Below, one piece after another: positions 34,580 to 35,683 of a stretch of DNA of 35,683 nucleotides (the first letter of the stretch is position 1; each line of letters starts with the position of its first letter). Position numbers and translations under genes: made by a program. The stretch covers positions 1 through 35,683 of the forward strand of contig JADGQD010000001.1 of NCBI GenBank assembly GCA_017882065.1. The letters are read 5' to 3'. The stretch comes from Anaerolineales bacterium. GTDB lineage: Bacteria > Chloroflexota > Anaerolineae > Anaerolineales > Villigracilaceae. Under the pieces are notes generated by a model. That model was not told the origin of the DNA, searched no databases, and saw only the letters and a program-made list of their open reading frames with translations.

Positions 34580-35683
34580 CTACCGGTCCACTTCACCGAG
34601 AACAATGTCAATCGAGCCGAGCACGGCCACCACGTCGGCCACTTTCTGTCCGATGCATATAGGGCCGAAGGCGGTCAGGTTGATGAACGATGGAGCGCGG
34701 ACGTGGTAGCGCCAGGGGGTGGGCTTGCCATTCGAGATGACATAGAAACCGAGTTCGCCCTTAGGACCCTCAACCCGTCCATATGCTTCGCCGGGCGGGA
34801 CGCGCACCTGATACATCGGCTTTAGAGCCATCACCGGCCCATCCGGAAGCTGCTTGACAGCCTGCTGGACAATACGAATGCTCTGGCGGATCTCGTCAAA
34901 GCGCACCATCAACCGGTCGTAGATGTCACCATTTGTGCGCACAACCACGTCAAACTCGAAGCGATCATAGATGGAATAGGGTTCGGCACGGCGCACGTCG
35001 TAAGGGATGCCAGAAGCGCGCAGCAATGGGCCGGAGGCAGAATACTTGATCGCATCTTCGGCGGTTAGAACGCCCTGTCCGATCCCGCGCGAGCGGATAA
35101 TTTCGTTTTCGCTCAAGAATCGGTCAATTTCTTCTATTTTGCGCGGCAGCCGTTCAAAGAATAAGCCCTTGATTTTTTGGAGAGTACCTTCCGGAAGGTC
35201 CCGGGCAACGCCGCCAAAGCGGAAGTAGTTACACATCATGCGCGAACCAGAGACTGCTTCGAAGATGTCCAGAAGCAGTTCACGCTCTTCCAGGGCATAC
35301 AGCATCGGGGTAAAATACGCACCCAGATCGTTGAGCAATGCACCGATTGCCATCAAGTGGTTGGCGATACGGGTCATTTCGGCCATCATCACACGGATGT
35401 ATTCGGCGCGTTCCGTCGGTTTGACGTTCATCAGTTTTTCAACTGCCAGCGCATAGCCGAAATTATTGCTCATGGACGAGAGGTAGTCCAGACGGTCGGT
35501 GTACGGCATGTTCATGATAAAGGTATTGCGCTCACCTATCTTCTCATGGTTGCGATGCAGGTATCCCATTACCGGTTTCAGGTTGACGATTTTTTCTCCG
35601 TCCAGCACAACGGCGACGCGGAAGACCCCATGCGTGGAAGGATGTTGCGGGCCCAGGTTGACGATGATGTGGTCTGTGTCCAG
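34580..35683 (-). CDS. nuoD: NADH-quinone oxidoreductase subunit D (5' end outside the window)
   Basis: The reading frame is open to the window edge (LDTDHIIVNLGPQHPSTHGVFRV...). MGYLHRNHEKIGE and the C-terminus GSIDIVLGEVDR are present. That C-terminus is the NuoD type, without the [NiFe] CxxC. Confidence 0.9.
   Translation of the reverse strand: MDTDHIIVNLGPQHPSTHGVFRVAVVLDGEKIVNLKPVMGYLHRNHEKIGERNTFIMNMPYTDRLDYLSSMSNNFGYALAVEKLMNVKPTERAEYIRVMMAEMTRIANHLMAIGALLNDLGAYFTPMLYALEERELLLDIFEAVSGSRMMCNYFRFGGVARDLPEGTLQKIKGLFFERLPRKIEEIDRFLSENEIIRSRGIGQGVLTAEDAIKYSASGPLLRASGIPYDVRRAEPYSIYDRFEFDVVVRTNGDIYDRLMVRFDEIRQSIRIVQQAVKQLPDGPVMALKPMYQVRVPPGEAYGRVEGPKGELGFYVISNGKPTPWRYHVRAPSFINLTAFGPICIGQKVADVVAVLGSIDIVLGEVDR

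Noticed and set aside
34580-35683. The nuoD/nuoI pair as subunits of an Ech/Mbh-type energy-converting [NiFe] hydrogenase.
   Set aside because: The large-subunit homologue ends in ...GSIDIVLGEVDR, without the C-terminal DPCxxCxxH/R nickel-binding motif. That is the NuoD state. The N-terminal motif lies outside the window and could not be checked.
1-35683. Scan for tRNA, rRNA, CRISPR repeats, IS elements, integrases, toxin-antitoxin pairs or defence genes.
   Set aside because: No intergenic region longer than about 275 nt exists, and none shows tRNA-like T-arm or anticodon structure or regularly spaced repeats. No ORF has transposase, integrase, nuclease-helicase or other defence-type motifs that I can recognise.

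Overview
This is a gene-dense 35.7-kb window of roughly 55-60% GC (estimated by eye). I call 35 intact CDS (nuoD runs off the window end) plus one apparently disrupted gene. I found no rRNA, tRNA, CRISPR array, transposase, integrase or phage genes. The content is mostly housekeeping. It includes typA/bipA, a methyltransferase-NUDIX-pirin-nitroreductase group, recA with a downstream NBR1-like lipoprotein, and a small-protein/PD40-propeller lipoprotein/M23-peptidase operon. It also includes moaC-moaD-moaE translationally coupled to a threonine-synthase-family PLP enzyme, a MoxR-DUF58 pair, and an argF-rocD-ald-CoA-transferase string followed by pyk. The remainder is a DMT transporter, arfB, korAB (2-oxoacid:ferredoxin oxidoreductase), a sugar-type ABC importer (binding protein plus two permeases, no ATPase), an M20D amidohydrolase, a PIG-L deacetylase, a PSP1/RicT-like protein, an Mrp/ApbC-like ATPase, a small Cys-rich protein, nuoI and the 3' part of nuoD. 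Gene content and style suggest a Chloroflexota-like (Anaerolineae-like) organism, but that is inference only. I do not see a clear-cut novel multi-gene system such as a defence island. The most unusual items are: (1) perfect TATAAT boxes exactly 6-7 nt upstream of the ATG of five genes, a leaderless-mRNA architecture, including a back-to-back pair in a 59-bp divergent region. (2) An Mrp/ApbC-like ATPase that has lost its CXXC cluster-binding segment and sits directly after a nuoI-coupled small protein carrying CX2C-X10-CX2C. (3) moaD-moaE overlapping a ThrC-family gene, a possible thiocarboxylate-dependent sulfur-transfer module. (4) A membrane-protein gene interrupted by in-frame TAA codons. 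(5) An ABC operon whose binding-protein gene is about 60-65% GC while its two permease genes are about 44% GC. (6) Several operator-like repeats and palindromes. All functional calls rest on motifs I recognise in the supplied translations; no database search was possible.
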